Assembly: GCF_964194155.1 (NCBI RefSeq)
Contig: NC_135901.1
Span: 32,550,001-32,614,000 of the forward strand
DNA from: Cetorhinus maximus
Lineage: Eukaryota
Direction: 5' to 3'
Length of the DNA: 64,000 nucleotides
Shown here: piece after piece, positions 47,207 through 60,800 of the stretch
Layout: every line of letters begins with the position of its first letter
How positions within the stretch are numbered: the stretch's first letter is position 1
Notes under the pieces: model-generated
Database searches by the model: none
What the model saw: only the letters and a program-made list of their open reading frames with translations
Told to the model about the DNA's origin: nothing
Position numbers and translations under genes: made by a program

Positions 47207-49722
47207 ATGCATGTACCACCGACAGACCTGCTGTTTGCCATTTATTATCCCGTCATTGCGGTAATCGGGGTTCCAGGTAACGTATTGTAGTTAGATATTA
47301 TCGCGTGAATGGTGGGTTAGGTATACTATTTCTCTTATTTTATCAGTGGCGCATCTCCACGATTCGTATTCCCTTTCTACGGTTGAAAATGACATATTGC
47401 CCCCTTTAACGGTATAATTTCTCAAATTTAACTGCAAAATGTCCGCGTTTTTTGCAGGATCACTTACTTTTTCACTTTAACTATGCTGATTCTCAATTTT
47501 AACGGTGACATTTCTTCCAGCAGTTCAAATAATTTCTCGGAATTAATGGTGAATATTCTCACCTTTACCAGTGTCATGCCTTCCACTTACCACCAGTGTT
47601 TAGTCGTTTATATTGTCTCCCCGTCAATTGCATTCTGTCTGTTCATGACGTGTAGCATTATTTTGTTTTAAGTTTATGTTTTCTCCCATTTACCGCCACA
47701 ATCTCCCGTTGGAAATGCAGTTCTGCTCTTGGCAATACTGCGTTGGGAGGATTACAGCAAAAGTATTATGTTGTAAGTATTGGTTCTATTGTGGCATTGT
47801 CACAGTGACTGTGATGTACGCTCACTTGGATATCACAGCATGCTGTGTCATTAGCACGGTGAATGAACCTGAAGTATCACATGGTTAATCCTGTGTAAAT
47901 GTAGACCTTTTGTGTTGCTGGTGCTATTGCTGTGTGTGAATTATGACGTTGTCATTCCAGGGTAAGTGTAGAACTATTATATTAACCTCGCTTTTACTGT
48001 GGATGAACTACCGCGATGCTATCACTTTGTATGCCTAGATATTTAGTGTTATTCACTATGACAGAGACGGATTGATTCACACAAGTAACTCATTTTGTAA
48101 ATAGCTTGAAACGTTCAGTAATTCGCCATTGAATTTAATGAAAGCGTTCACTGAAGAGACATAAGAAGGCACTGCGTTTTTGACAAATATGTGAGGAATG
48201 CAAGGGTGGCGCTTTGGCGAATGATTGTTATTCGCCCCTAATTCACAAAGCACTGGGTTATCGCCCCCAGGGCTCGAACTCTCTTCCACCCTTTACTCCA
48301 CTCTTTAGTTCTGTTCTGCATATTGATGGAGGCCCCGTCACCGGTGGCGCCCTTTGCATGTAATATTCAAAGATTAGAGTTCAAATGTCGACTGCAGGGT
48401 AAAATTTGGTTATTTATCCCAACAATGCAGAGCAGCACTCTCTCCGATTGAGAGCTTAAAATGTGCCAATTCAGCTAATTGTCACGTTAAGTGATCGGAC
48501 TTACCACTCTGCCCTCATAAACATTTCCACCGAAAATTCACAGAAAGGCTAACTGCCCGTTCCCACTTCCATGATTGAAGGTATTTCTGATTAACTTTGA
48601 ACTTATGATTACATTGAACCATACGGAAAGATCTCTCTTTAGCATAGGAAATAATTTACAATGTAGGATCTTGTCTCACATGTTTAAATTTCGCGCATAA
48701 ACTTGCAGAAGCATTATTGTGTTGGGAGTCAGAGAATTAACTTTTGTGTTCTCATGCTGTCTCATGCAAACGCTCTCCCTCTCTTTCTCTCTCTTCTGAC
48801 CTCTGTTACAGCTAACTTGGCAGTGATTGTGATACTGTCACGAAGATGTTGTGGTCTCTCCAAATGTATCACTTACTACGCGGTTTCCATGGCGGCGACT
48901 GATCTCCTGGCCATTATCACCAGCGTGATATTAGGTCGGATTGCTGGTATTTATTTACCAAGTAGTTTCTTGTCAATCACGCCAATATGTAGTGTCCATT
49001 CTGCCTTAATCTCTGCGGCCATTGACAGTTCTGCCTGGTTAATAGTCGCTTTCACCTTTGACCGATTTGTGGCCATTTGTTGCCAGAAACTGAAAATAAA
49101 ATACTGCACAGAGAAGACAGCGTCTTGGATGATAGCGATTTTATGCACACTGAGTTGTCTAAAAAGTATCTTCCAGTATTTTATATTTGAACCAATGTAC
49201 GTAATTAATGATGTACCCTGGTTCTGTGTCATAAAATCCGCCTTTTATACATCACCTGCATGGAACATCTATGATTGGCTTCGTTCCATTTCACTGCCCT
49301 GTGCCCCTTTATTTCTGATTTTATTGTTCAATGCTCTGACCGTCAGACACATTCTCGCAGCTAATAGAGCCCGCAGGAGGCTCAAGGCCCATAACATGGG
49401 GGAGAATCAGAGAGACCCAGAGATGGAGAAGCGGAGAAAGTCCATTGTTTTACTCTTTGCCATCTCTGGCAGTTTCATCCTGCTATATTCGTTATTTTTT
49501 GCAACCATCCTCTATGTCCGCATTGCAAAAGTTCGTTATTTTGCAATTGCTGATATCAGTGAATCATCATTTATCCTGGAGGAAAGCGGATATATGCTTC
49601 AGTTTTTAAGTTCCTGTATCAATCCATTTATTTATGCTGGGACCCAGAGTAAATTCAAGGAGGAGTTCAAGAATGGAGTGAAATCTCCCCTGAGTTTATT
49701 TGTTCAATTGTTCAAATTTTGA
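47207..49722 (+). CDS. Intact two-exon GPR139/GPR142-like GPCR, copy B; exon 1 47207-47276, exon 2 48812-49722
   Basis: Same splice sites and length as copy A. Exon 1 is identical; exon 2 differs by 6 aa (R>K, S>G, N>S, T>I, R>K, K>Q). Confidence 0.92.
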
Positions 49723-52700
49723 AAGGGCGGGAGTGGAACATGAATTATGCATTAAAATCAAACAATTTCTCCACTTCTCCGTCTCTAATATGGCCTCCCT
49801 TCCAAGTTGCACTCGCTTTCAGACCCTTACCAGGTGTATGTATACAAAACTGTAAAAGGACCGATTCGGAATCCTGTAACCAGAGACCAGCGAATCTCAG
49901 GTTCAGATTGATCAAAGAGCCAAAGGGTCATCGCTAAGCTGGCAGATGTAACAGATCCAGGGAAAGGCTGGCAATGCTCCAAGAGGCAATGCGGACTCAT
50001 GCACGATCTGTTATTTACCCTTCCTAAATTGGAAATTTAGCTGGCAAGGCCAGCGCTCTTTGAGCAGCCGCAATTGTGCTTCTCAAGCCAGAGTCCTGGG
50101 TGAAAACATAGCTTGGTGATACCTCCAGCTGCCATGCTGCCTTCCAGTCAGTGCAATAAAATGTCCTGTAATTTCATTTTTAGACTTGTTAAAAGTTTAA
50201 GATGTGTCTTATTTAAATATTGGTTAAAAATCCATTTGATTCTTAAATGAAGCAGCATTGACCTGAAGGCTGGCACAGGAGCCTTCCCTGGTAAAGTACA
50301 GGAGCATGTCTCTGGAGGCACATCTATTGTCCGTTTCGCCCTGATATTTTTGTAACTTAGGTAGATTGTGCAAGTTTTCAGAGAATTAAATAGGAAAATA
50401 TTAAAAAATGCCTGCTCCGTGTCTTGACTCTCGTGCTTTGCAAGATATTAATAAACTGTGTCATTTGAGAATTGTGCTCGCCGTTTATTGCTGTCTGTTC
50501 ATGGCTCTTGTACATCTGTCCTCGCTTTAAGCAAATGAGCCACCAACCAGTTGCAGCTGCATGGGAACCCAGAAATTGCTTAACCTCTGATCAGGCAATA
50601 AAACAAATAATAACAGTTACAGTCATTCAGCATCTGATCTTAATATTGATAATCACATGGCGTTTGAATGTTCAAATTAACTTTTCTGTGGTTTTGATTT
50701 ACGGCCTATTAAACCGAAAATCGTAAGGTATTCATGAGTTCATCTTTTCTTACCTGATGGATGGTTAACTGTCTCGGTCATTATTTCTCGGTACATGGTT
50801 GTTAAGTAATTATGAATCAGATTTGATTATGGAAATGACTTAGGCGGCGCCAGTAAAGCCAGTCCTGCCAGCTCATCTCTTGTGAATTATGCCATCTCCA
50901 TCCTTCCTACTTCCTGACAATGCTGGAATTTTATCAAGTTTGGGAGCCTCCTCTTTTCCAAAAGGATAAATTATCAGCAGAGTTTGTCTCAGCTTGTCCG
51001 TCTCTCTTTCTGGCTAAATTATATAGAATATACATAGGTAGGTAGATATATGTCGATTTGTACGCATGTACATAAATAATGTTGAATGCATATGTCTGTC
51101 TTTGTGTACGTGTGTGTCTGTGTGTTTGCCTGTGCAGCTCACATGTTCGAAATGTTTCTCTCTGGGTCCCGCTTCTCGCTAACAGAAGCTGTCTGTAGGT
51201 AACTGAGCGCTATTACGCCCCCGTCATCATTTGGTTGTTCGTATCTCTGTCAATAGCGTGAGAGCTTTAGAAACTATGCCCCCTCAGGCAGGGAATAATG
51301 TTGCTCATTGCAGTGTATGATGTAACATTCGAAAAACTGATTGCAGTTCTCATTAATCCGTAGGAAATAAAAACAAATAACTGCGTTACCTTTATTAATC
51401 AGAGACGGTTACAGACCTGATTCTCAATGCCAGTCTGTGGTTGAGCGCAGGCTGAGTGATTTTTTAAATTTATTCTTCCCTGGGATATGGGAGCTGCTGT
51501 CAAGGCCAGCATGTGTTGCCCATCCCTAATTGCCCTTGAAATGAGTGTGTTTGCCTGTGGGGCACAGATGTTGGTCTTTTTTTCGAACTGGATCTCACAT
51601 TCTCCCTTAGAGTCGCTGTGTGTGGGAAACTGAGAAATATTAAGTACCTGCCTACATAGGGTCGTTAGTAATCTCTGTCTTTCACGTTAGAACTGAAGGT
51701 AAAGATCTGCCCTTGTAGGGAGTAATTTGTTCTTTATTTCAAACTTTTGTATAACTTCTTAACTCCCTCCTTGGATACGCAGAATGACAACCATATAAAA
51801 GCAAACAACAACTTTTAATCTTTCTCGCTCAGAGTCAACGTAAAGGCCTTTTCCTTGCTGCCAGTCTAGTGCAGAGCGCTGGACAAGTGTAATTTTAACT
51901 GATCAAATTTTAAAAATTCAATCTTTACATATACCAGATGCACAGCAAGCTAAGAGGTAACTTGAAAAGAAATATTCCATGTTCATCTGTACTTAAGATG
52001 TTATTCCAACACCTGCTGTATCTGCCTTTTCCCTCTAACTCGATCATCACATCACAACAGTGACGAAAGTTCGAAAGCAGTTAATTGGCTGGAATGATCT
52101 GTGCGACATCATGTGGTAGAGCAGGGTGCTGCACAAGTACAAGGCCTGTTTCCTGACAGGCAGAATTGTAACAAATTAAATCATCCACAAATTAACAGTT
52201 TCAAAGTAGGTGTAGAAATATTGTGACATTGGTCAGCGCTGCACAAGGGCCACCTTGGCAGAAAACCTTTCTTCATTGTTTCTCTGAAAGAAACACAGAG
52301 ACAGTACTTAGAAATGTCCAGGTCTGCAGATTCAGGCTTCCATGTTGACATTCCTAAATAAATAAGATGGCGACTGATGAACACTTCCATCTATATGAGC
52401 GTCTGCTCACGGCTTGCATATAACTCTCAGCATGATTTAAACTAAAAAGTGAACTGGGTGCAACCAAGTTTCCCTCGATTCATAGCTTCACTACAGCACA
52501 GAATGAGGCCATTCAACACACAGTGGAATACAATGCAGTCAGTCTCTTTCTCCCACTCTATCCCGTAGCACTGGATAGAATAGTCCCCTGAATTGCTCTT
52601 TGCTTGGTGCCCTCAAAGTGCTGGTTGGGGTTATGGTTAGGGTTATGTTATTCTCCACCTCCGGTTGTCCATCACAATTCTTCTTTTCGAACGCGCTATG

Positions 52701-52757
52701 TTTAAGTCTCTCACTAGCACATCCTTCTATCTGGTTTTAATCTTTTCTTTTCTCAGT

Positions 52758-54570
52758 ATCACAGAATCACAGAATCTGAACTGCACAGGAGGATGCCATT
52801 CGGCCCATCGTATCTGCACCATCGCTCCAAATAGGCATTGTGACCCAGTGCCATTGCCCCCCTTTTCCCCGTGCCCTTGTTAACATTTTTCTACTCAATT
52901 AATCTTCTATTGCCCTCTTGAACGCCTCGATTGAACCTGCCTCCACCACAATTCCAGGCAGTGCATTCCAGACCCGAACCTCTCACTGTGTGATAAAGTT
53001 GTCTTGATCTTTCATCTACATTTGCTTCTTCTGTAAATCACTCTTAACCTGTGTCCCCTTATTCTCGACCCCTCGGCCAACGGGAACAATTTCTCCCCAA
53101 CTGCGCCGTCCAGCCTCCTCATCATTTTGAAGATCTTCTTCTCTCCATGGTGAACAGCCCCAACCTCTCCAATCTATCCTCAAAGCTGAAGTGTCTCATC
53201 CCTGGAACCATCTCTTAAACCTCTCCTGCACTCTCTGACATGAGTTCACATCTTTCCTATCATGTAGCACCCAGAAATGTACACAATAATCCAGCTGGGG
53301 CCGAAAGAATGTCTTATATAAATTCAGAATAACCTCCCTGCTCTTGTACCCAATGCCCCCATTAATAAAGCCCAGGTCAGCAGATGTTTTATTAACTATT
53401 CCCTCTACCTGTCCTGCCAACTTCGATGATCTTTGCACATATACACGCATGACTTTCTGCTGCTGCACCCCCTTCAAAATTTCACCCCTTGTTTTAAATT
53501 GTCTGTCAATCTTCTTCCGACCAAAATGTATCATCTTTCACTTCTCCGCATTCAACTTCACCTGCCAACTATCTGCCCACTCCACTAACTTGTCAATGTT
53601 CTTTTGAAGTTCTACATCCTCCTCCTCGCAGTTTGCAATGATCCGAGGCTTCGTCTCATTCGCAAAATTTGAAGTTGTCCCTTGCACACCAAGATCTACA
53701 TTATTAATGTATATCAGGAAAAGCAAGGGTCCCAATACTGACTCCTGGGATGCTCCACTACAAACCCCCCTCCCACACAAAAAAATACAAACTGACCATT
53801 GCTCTCCGTTTCCTATTTTTCAGCCAATTTTGTATCCACATTGCTACTGTCCCTTTTATTCCATGAGAATTGCTTTTCTCACAAGTCTGTTGTCTGGCAC
53901 TGTGTCAAATGCCTTTTGAAAGTCCATGTACACCACATCAACAGCAACACTCTCATTGACCTTTTCTGTTGTCTCTTCAAAAAACTTCAGTAAGTTAGTT
54001 AAACACGATTGCCCCTTTAGAAATCGATGCTGGGTCTCCCTTATCAACCTATATTTGTCCATGTAAGTATTAATTCTATACACGAATAATTGTTTCTAGA
54101 ATATCGCCCAGCACTGAAGTTAAACTGACTCGTCTGTAATTGATGGTATTATTGATACAACGTTTTTTGAACATGTTTGCAATTCTCCAGTCCTCTGGCA
54201 CCTCCCCTGAGTCCAAGGAAACTGAAAGATTATGACCAGTGCCCCTTAAATTTCTACTCTCACTTCCTTCAATACCCTTGGAAGCATCTCATCCGATCTA
54301 GGTGCCTTGTCAACTTTAAGTACCGACGATCTATTCAACACTTCCTCCTTATCAATTTTGAACCCTTCCATGACAGAGTTTCCTCGTCTGCCACCATGGC
54401 CTGGGAAGCATCTATCTCCTTGGTAAAGCCGGATGCAAAGTGTTCATTTAATATATCAGCAATAGCCCTTTCATCCATGTGTAAATTCCATTTTAAGTCC
54501 CTAATCGGTCCCCTCCCTTTTCCACCCTTTCTCCTTCTTCCTGGTAACCCAGCATCCATCACTTTGTTCA
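52758..54570 (-). mobile_element. CR1 LINE, duplicate of 6721-8530
   Basis: Same RT motifs and tail. Confidence 0.92.
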
Positions 54571-57500
54571 CCCGTGTCCTCTCTCACTTTGCCACAGATA
54601 TGAAAACAATGTCTTCTCGCCATTTTCTTCGATGTTTCCACAATGGTCACTGAACCACTTATGCACCGGCCCCTAATGTTTTCCTTTTTCACCACTTCAC
54701 ACATGTATCTGAGCATTAGTCTTATTTCGAACCCACCCCCTCCCCCCTCTTTATGTTGTCCATGTTTGTGCACCACATAACAAAGCCAATGCCAAAACCG
54801 CCTCATAGAATCTGCATGTCTTCCCCAAATGCCCATTCACTTTCATTTTGAAATCATTGAAGGTCTCGGCCACCACCGTCCTCGTGGGCAGGGAGGCGCC
54901 TTTGTCTGATTACCAGGGTGACAGGTTTTTCCTACGTCATTCACGCCCCCAACGCACCCTCCACAATTCCGAACAAAGCCTGATGGCCAGTTTACCGGAA
55001 GGACATTTTTATTCAAGTCACATTTGGTGCCGGAGTGCTGAAGGCGATTGGCTGAAGGAATCGTTGGCCTTTGACCACGCAGTTTAGAATCCTGCTGATG
55101 TGGCCTTTATCATTTCTGAATATAACTGGGTGAATGTAGGCCTTATTATCAGTTAATGATTACTAATTCCCTCGCCTTTCAACCGCTCCGGGATGTCTTT
55201 TATTTTTATTTCTATTTGCCTGATGGCATCCATGAAATTTACATTTCTAAGTGGAACAAACATCAGCCAATTTCGTGACAATCTTTCTTTCTAGCTCTCT
55301 GTCTCTGTCAATCTCGGTGGTTCTATTTGTCTGATTCACACAATGTCTGTCAATATGTTCCAGTAAGCCAAAGGATTAAACTCATTTTTACCAGCAGAAT
55401 TTTTAATCGTTATGACTTTGTAGCACGAGCTAAAGATATTGCAGAGAATAATAACAGGGTAAAAAGATGCAAGAGGCGATTGTCTCTTCCTTAATGTACT
55501 GAAGTGTGGACTGTTTTCCGAATAAGTGCCCTTGTGCTAAAAATTGGTGGTAGTTTAAATTCTAAATGGGCAATATTTAAACAGATAAAGGCAGATGAGT
55601 GGTCACAAGTGAGTAAGGCAATGGGAATCTCGGTGGAGCCATTATATGTATTAGGGAGGACCAGACTGATTCCTCCTTATGTTTGGAGTTATTTGCACTG
55701 ATGTCATGAGTCAGTTCAAGAGAAAGAATCTAAAAGTTTCTTCGCGCCATTTCGCAGTCATATGAGGTTACAGCAAGCGGGAAAGACTGAAAAGGTTGAG
55801 GCCCCCGAATACTGCAGACCGAAGGCTGGTGAATATCGTCTTAGAATCTGCGGAGTCTCACAACAAGACCAGGCCTGGGATGCTCTGTGCAATGTTGGAC
55901 TGCTTACATAACTTTGCTTCCTTAGATATAGTTCAGACCCGGTTCACCAGTTTTATTCCCCTGGAACGAGGGGATTGTCCTCTGAGGAGAGATTTATCAG
56001 AGCAGGCCTATATTCCCTGGACTATACAGGAATAAAAGAGACAGAAGCAGGAGTGGACAATACACCCAACCAAACCTGCTCCATTATTCAAATCTGATCA
56101 TGAATGATCTCAGGCTTCAACACTATTTTCCCGCCCACGGTCCGTATCGATTGATTCTGCCTCACAGAAAAATGTCTCCAACACAGATTAAAACAAAATC
56201 AACGATGGAGCATCCCTAACCCTCTCGGTTAGAGAATTACAGAGATTGACAATAAATTGAGTAAGCAATTGCTCCTCACCTCAGCCCTAAATAGCCGCTC
56301 CCTTATGCAGGGGCAGTGTCCTATGTTCCAAATGTCGTGACCAGCGGGGTCAAGCTCTTAGTGTCCATCCTGTCAATCACATTTGGAATCTTGTGTGTCA
56401 TTAATATCACGTTGGCGAATATGGATGAAATTTAATCAGCCTGTCATCACCGGACAACACTCTCATGCCAGTGATTCCTTCAGTAAAGCTTCGTTGTACA
56501 GCCTCCCGTGAAAGTATATCCTTCCTTAACCATAGTGATCAGAAATTTATATGGTATCAAAGCTGTGGCCTATAGCCCTGGAAAACTGGAACCACAATTA
56601 TTTATTCCTGTGCTCCAGTTCCCTTGAAACAAAGACTGACATGCCATTTGATTCCTCATTGCCTGCTATTGTTTTTCTTATTCGGAAGGCGTCGGGGGGT
56701 GGGGTGGGGGAGTGGGGGGCTGAGGGGGGGACGGGGAATGGGGGAGGGGAGGAGGTGAGGAGGAACGCTTCAATACCGTGAGATGCTATTCTTCACCGCG
56801 GTGCCAATCTTTGTGTTAAGCATCGCCTCCTGTGGGCCATGAGCCTCAATCTGGCAAAACATTCTCTGCTACAGAGGAAGGCAGTGGGTTGAGAATGCGC
56901 AGGAACCGCTGTCTTCTGGGTGATCTGGGCCATCGTCTCTGAAACATGGGGCATCGGACTGAACACAGTCAAAATTAACATCTTTGGAATGAGAGGAAGA
57001 GGAACCTATGAATGCAGAACTGAACCGAGTCAGAGCCTGAACCTTCAAGGAGGATAGAGCAATGGGAATCAGTGAGGGTAGAATTGAACCCAGCGAGAAT
57101 CAGCACCATCGGGGAGCAGAGGGAGAGGAAAAGTCATTGTAAATAGCATTGTAAATCAGGACACTCAGGGGAGGAGGGGGAGTGGAACAAGTGAGTGAAG
57201 AGCTGAACTGAGCTAGCGACTGCACCTTGAAAAGAACCAAAGTTCACATCCAGCCTCTAATTCTACCTGGGCTGTATTAGCTTGGCTTCATTTTTGTGAA
57301 GGGCTTGTTTCGGGATTGGGATTGTGGTAGAGCAGGGAATGGATCTTGGATTGAAGAAAACAATCTTAAGGATAATGCGATAGGTTTGGATTTCAGTTTG
57401 AATAGGGGATGTGGATTTTATGACGTGGGGACCTGAAGCTGTGGGAGAAGCAGAGAAGAAATAAGATGTACTAGAATCTACAGTTCTGGATTTGAAAACT

Positions 57501-57822
57501 AGTGCCTGCCTGGAAAGTGGCGACTTGTGTAAAATCCTTTTCTATGGCATTAGAAGGAAGAATTTGGCGATCCGGATCTCAAACCAAACATCACATTAAT
57601 ATCTGCCAGAGCACCTTGATCCATTGGGCCTTGCTTATCATTGGCCATTGAATGCAAAAGGAGAATGTGCAACAGGAGAGACACAAAAATGTGCTCTGTG
57701 TGTGGGCTACAGTTATTCACAATATATATTAATGATATAGATGAGAGAAGTGAATGTACTATCGCCAAGTTTGTGGATGACACAAAAAAAGGTGGGAACT
57801 TAAAAGGTGGCGGTGACACAAT

Positions 57823-60800
57823 GGGGGAATTTTCCAGAATTGCAGTAAGGTCGGTAGCGGGTGCGTAAAATGGAGGCCCATCCGCCGATGAAACTGGCGG
57901 GTTTTCACGCCGTATTGTCCCGATCCAGCCTTATTATTTATTCACTGCCACGAGGTACGCCATTTGCATGGTGGGCTATCATTTGCCTGCCAGCCATCAC
58001 CCCATTAATGCATCACACGGGCAGTCATCTTTAAAAGGCAGCCGCCAGCAAAGCGCTCATTGCCACCAGCTCACCACCGCTGCCTGGGAGACATGGCCAG
58101 CAAAGGAAGAAAGACTGCCGCAACGCCCCCCCACCACCCCCCCCCCCCCCCCACTTCAACGACGGTTCCGTCAAGCGAATGCTGGATGCCGTGGAGCCCC
58201 GCCAGGATGTGCTCTCCCCCTGCTCTGTCCGCAGGATGGGTAGCAAAGTCACCAACCCAGCTTTGGAGGCGGTGGCAGTGGTGGTCAGTGCAAACGCTGC
58301 AGAAGAGGGCAGCCACCCAGTGCCACCCATTCTGCCAGGATAACTCACTCCATTCATCACTCCCAACTCACACACTCACAAACCCATCTCACATCCAGAT
58401 GGCCCTAACTCACTGCCAGTGCAAGGGACGTCACTATTCACTCTTTCAAAAACACTGCCATTGTCCTCAGCCCATCCATGGAACCACTCACCACCCCCAT
58501 AGGCCAGGCATACTTAACATCTGACCCAGCAGGTGTCCTGATGCACTCTCCCCATCTCTATCCAAGCAGGGAAAACTGAGTCACTGCAGCAGAGAAAGAT
58601 TGGGGACAGGTGGAGAGATGCAGGAGATCAAAGTTCTGACAGGATTCGGAAACAAAGCCGTCCAGCTCCACGGTGATGACCGGGGCCACCCTTGTGCTGA
58701 TGGTAAGGCCGGCATTGCTCTACCAAGTGAGGATCTGGCAGTACAACATCCATCAGTCAACCATGCAGTGAGTTCTGTCTCGTGATTCACAGGCCACTGC
58801 CTGGCACTAATTATCTCTCTTTGCTTTCGCAGGCACATCTGCCAAACAGACAACAGAGTCCACGTCCCAGGGCCTCCGATCAAGCTCCGAAGAAACCTCT
58901 GGGGAGGAATCTGGAGGGCCGCCACAGAGCTTGCCAACATCCTACACCACTGCAGAGATACACACCTCAGTGGGACCGAGCTTTAGAGTAGCCTCGGGGT
59001 CACAATCTGGTGAGTGCTTCGCAATGTCTGCTCCATGGTAGGCGGTGGCTGGGCCTTCCCAGTTCCCCCGCACTCAGATTATAGCTGGAGGACAGAAAAT
59101 TTCTGAGTCCGAGTCAGATGATGAGCCTCTGGACTCGGTCATGTCACAGTTGCTTGGGCTGCAAAGGCAAGCTAGGGAATATCAGGAAGGGATGTTCACT
59201 GTACTCCTCAGATGGCAATGCAAGATGGAGGAGTCCGTCCATCTTCAGGCTGAGGTGATAGCGACAACATTGCCATGCACCGAGGTGAACACTGGAAGGC
59301 TGGCGGCCGCCATGGAAACCTTGGTCCAGAACGTCACTCCTCCACTGTTGCGCAGGCTTAACTCCTTCACTGACACCACACTTGGCCTTAAACAGTGTGC
59401 ACGTGAGAGGGGTGCTGGGCAGCTCCAGCTCACTACATCTACCCCTTCTGCTCACGGAGTCGGCCAGGGGCCGTCGGGCACCCATCGGGAGGAGGGTCAG
59501 CAGGTGTACACTCCGGGGCCATCCACCCAGATGACACTGGGAGTGACCGGCCCATCGGAATCCTAACTGCCTGTGGCCTATGCAGTTCCAACTCCACAGG
59601 CCGAGGAGGGTGCCACTGCCACAAAGCAGGAGCCTGAAAGCAGGCCGGGGCCCTCCAAGTCTAGGCCCTGCAGAGGACGCCCGCCAAAGTCCTCACACAG
59701 GGCGTCACAGTCAACAGGCTGCCTCCACATCTACTGTGGATGTCTGGGGAGCACCAAGACGTAGCAGCAGGGTTAGGAAAGTTAGGTAAAAATAGTTGCA
59801 CAGCCTGTCAACGGCTGTTGATTACTTTTACATACTGTTCACTATTGTCAATAAACTCCTAAGACTGTCTCCCTGCCTATGGCTCCTTGTTCTGGCGAGC
59901 AGTGTTCTTGCCACTCAGATGTGAAATCTTTCTGCACAAGATAAAAGGCAGGTGTCCCAGTCCAGGGCCTCTTCCATGTTCTCTGTGCAGCCATGAGACC
60001 AAAGTCATGGTCCAGCCTCACACTACTTGGAAATACTACTGATGCCTGCACCTGGGCATTGCTGGCCATTGCTGCCAGAATGTAGTGGGCAGGCGCACAG
60101 AGTTCTCTCATACTCTCTGTATGCACTCAGCACTTTTAATGTGGGTTTGGCCCCCATCATACCAGCATCTGTGACCAGTGATTCTGTGCGCCTGCTCCTC
60201 AAGGGCTGAGGAGCTGAAGGCGGACACAGCATCAGATGCATCTAAAGTTTCATGGCTGCATCTCTGAGATGGTCCTGATCACAGAGCGCAAGCCAGCTGC
60301 CCTCGGCCAGACAGGAGTCAGACATTCTCAGAGGCTATGTGAAGATCTATGGAGTGTCCCCACTGCATGTCGTCATCATCCTCCACAAACATGGCAGCTA
60401 TGAGTGTCTCCCCAGCGCGCCTGCCTCGTCTGGCCATAGCGAGAGCCTCATTCTCGTCAACGTCAACACCGAGGACCGCCTTACCCTCATCCCCATTGGC
60501 GTCCGACTCACCGGAGGAGACAGGCAGCTCCTCCATCGCTTCCTCAGCCAGCCCGTCTCCCCATTGCAGCGCCAGGTTGAAAAGTACGCAGCAGATGAAG
60601 ATAATATGTGACACCCGCTGTGGACTGTACTGCAGGGCTCCACCAGAGCATCCTAATGTTATGCTCCACCAGTTGCGAGCTGCTGCATGAGCTTCATTAT
60701 AGTGTCGCTCTGCTGCAGTTTGAGGCCCCCGCGTGGATGTCATCAGCCACGGCCTCGTCCCCAAGGAGCTAACCCTGCAATCTCTGTGGAACCTGGAAAA

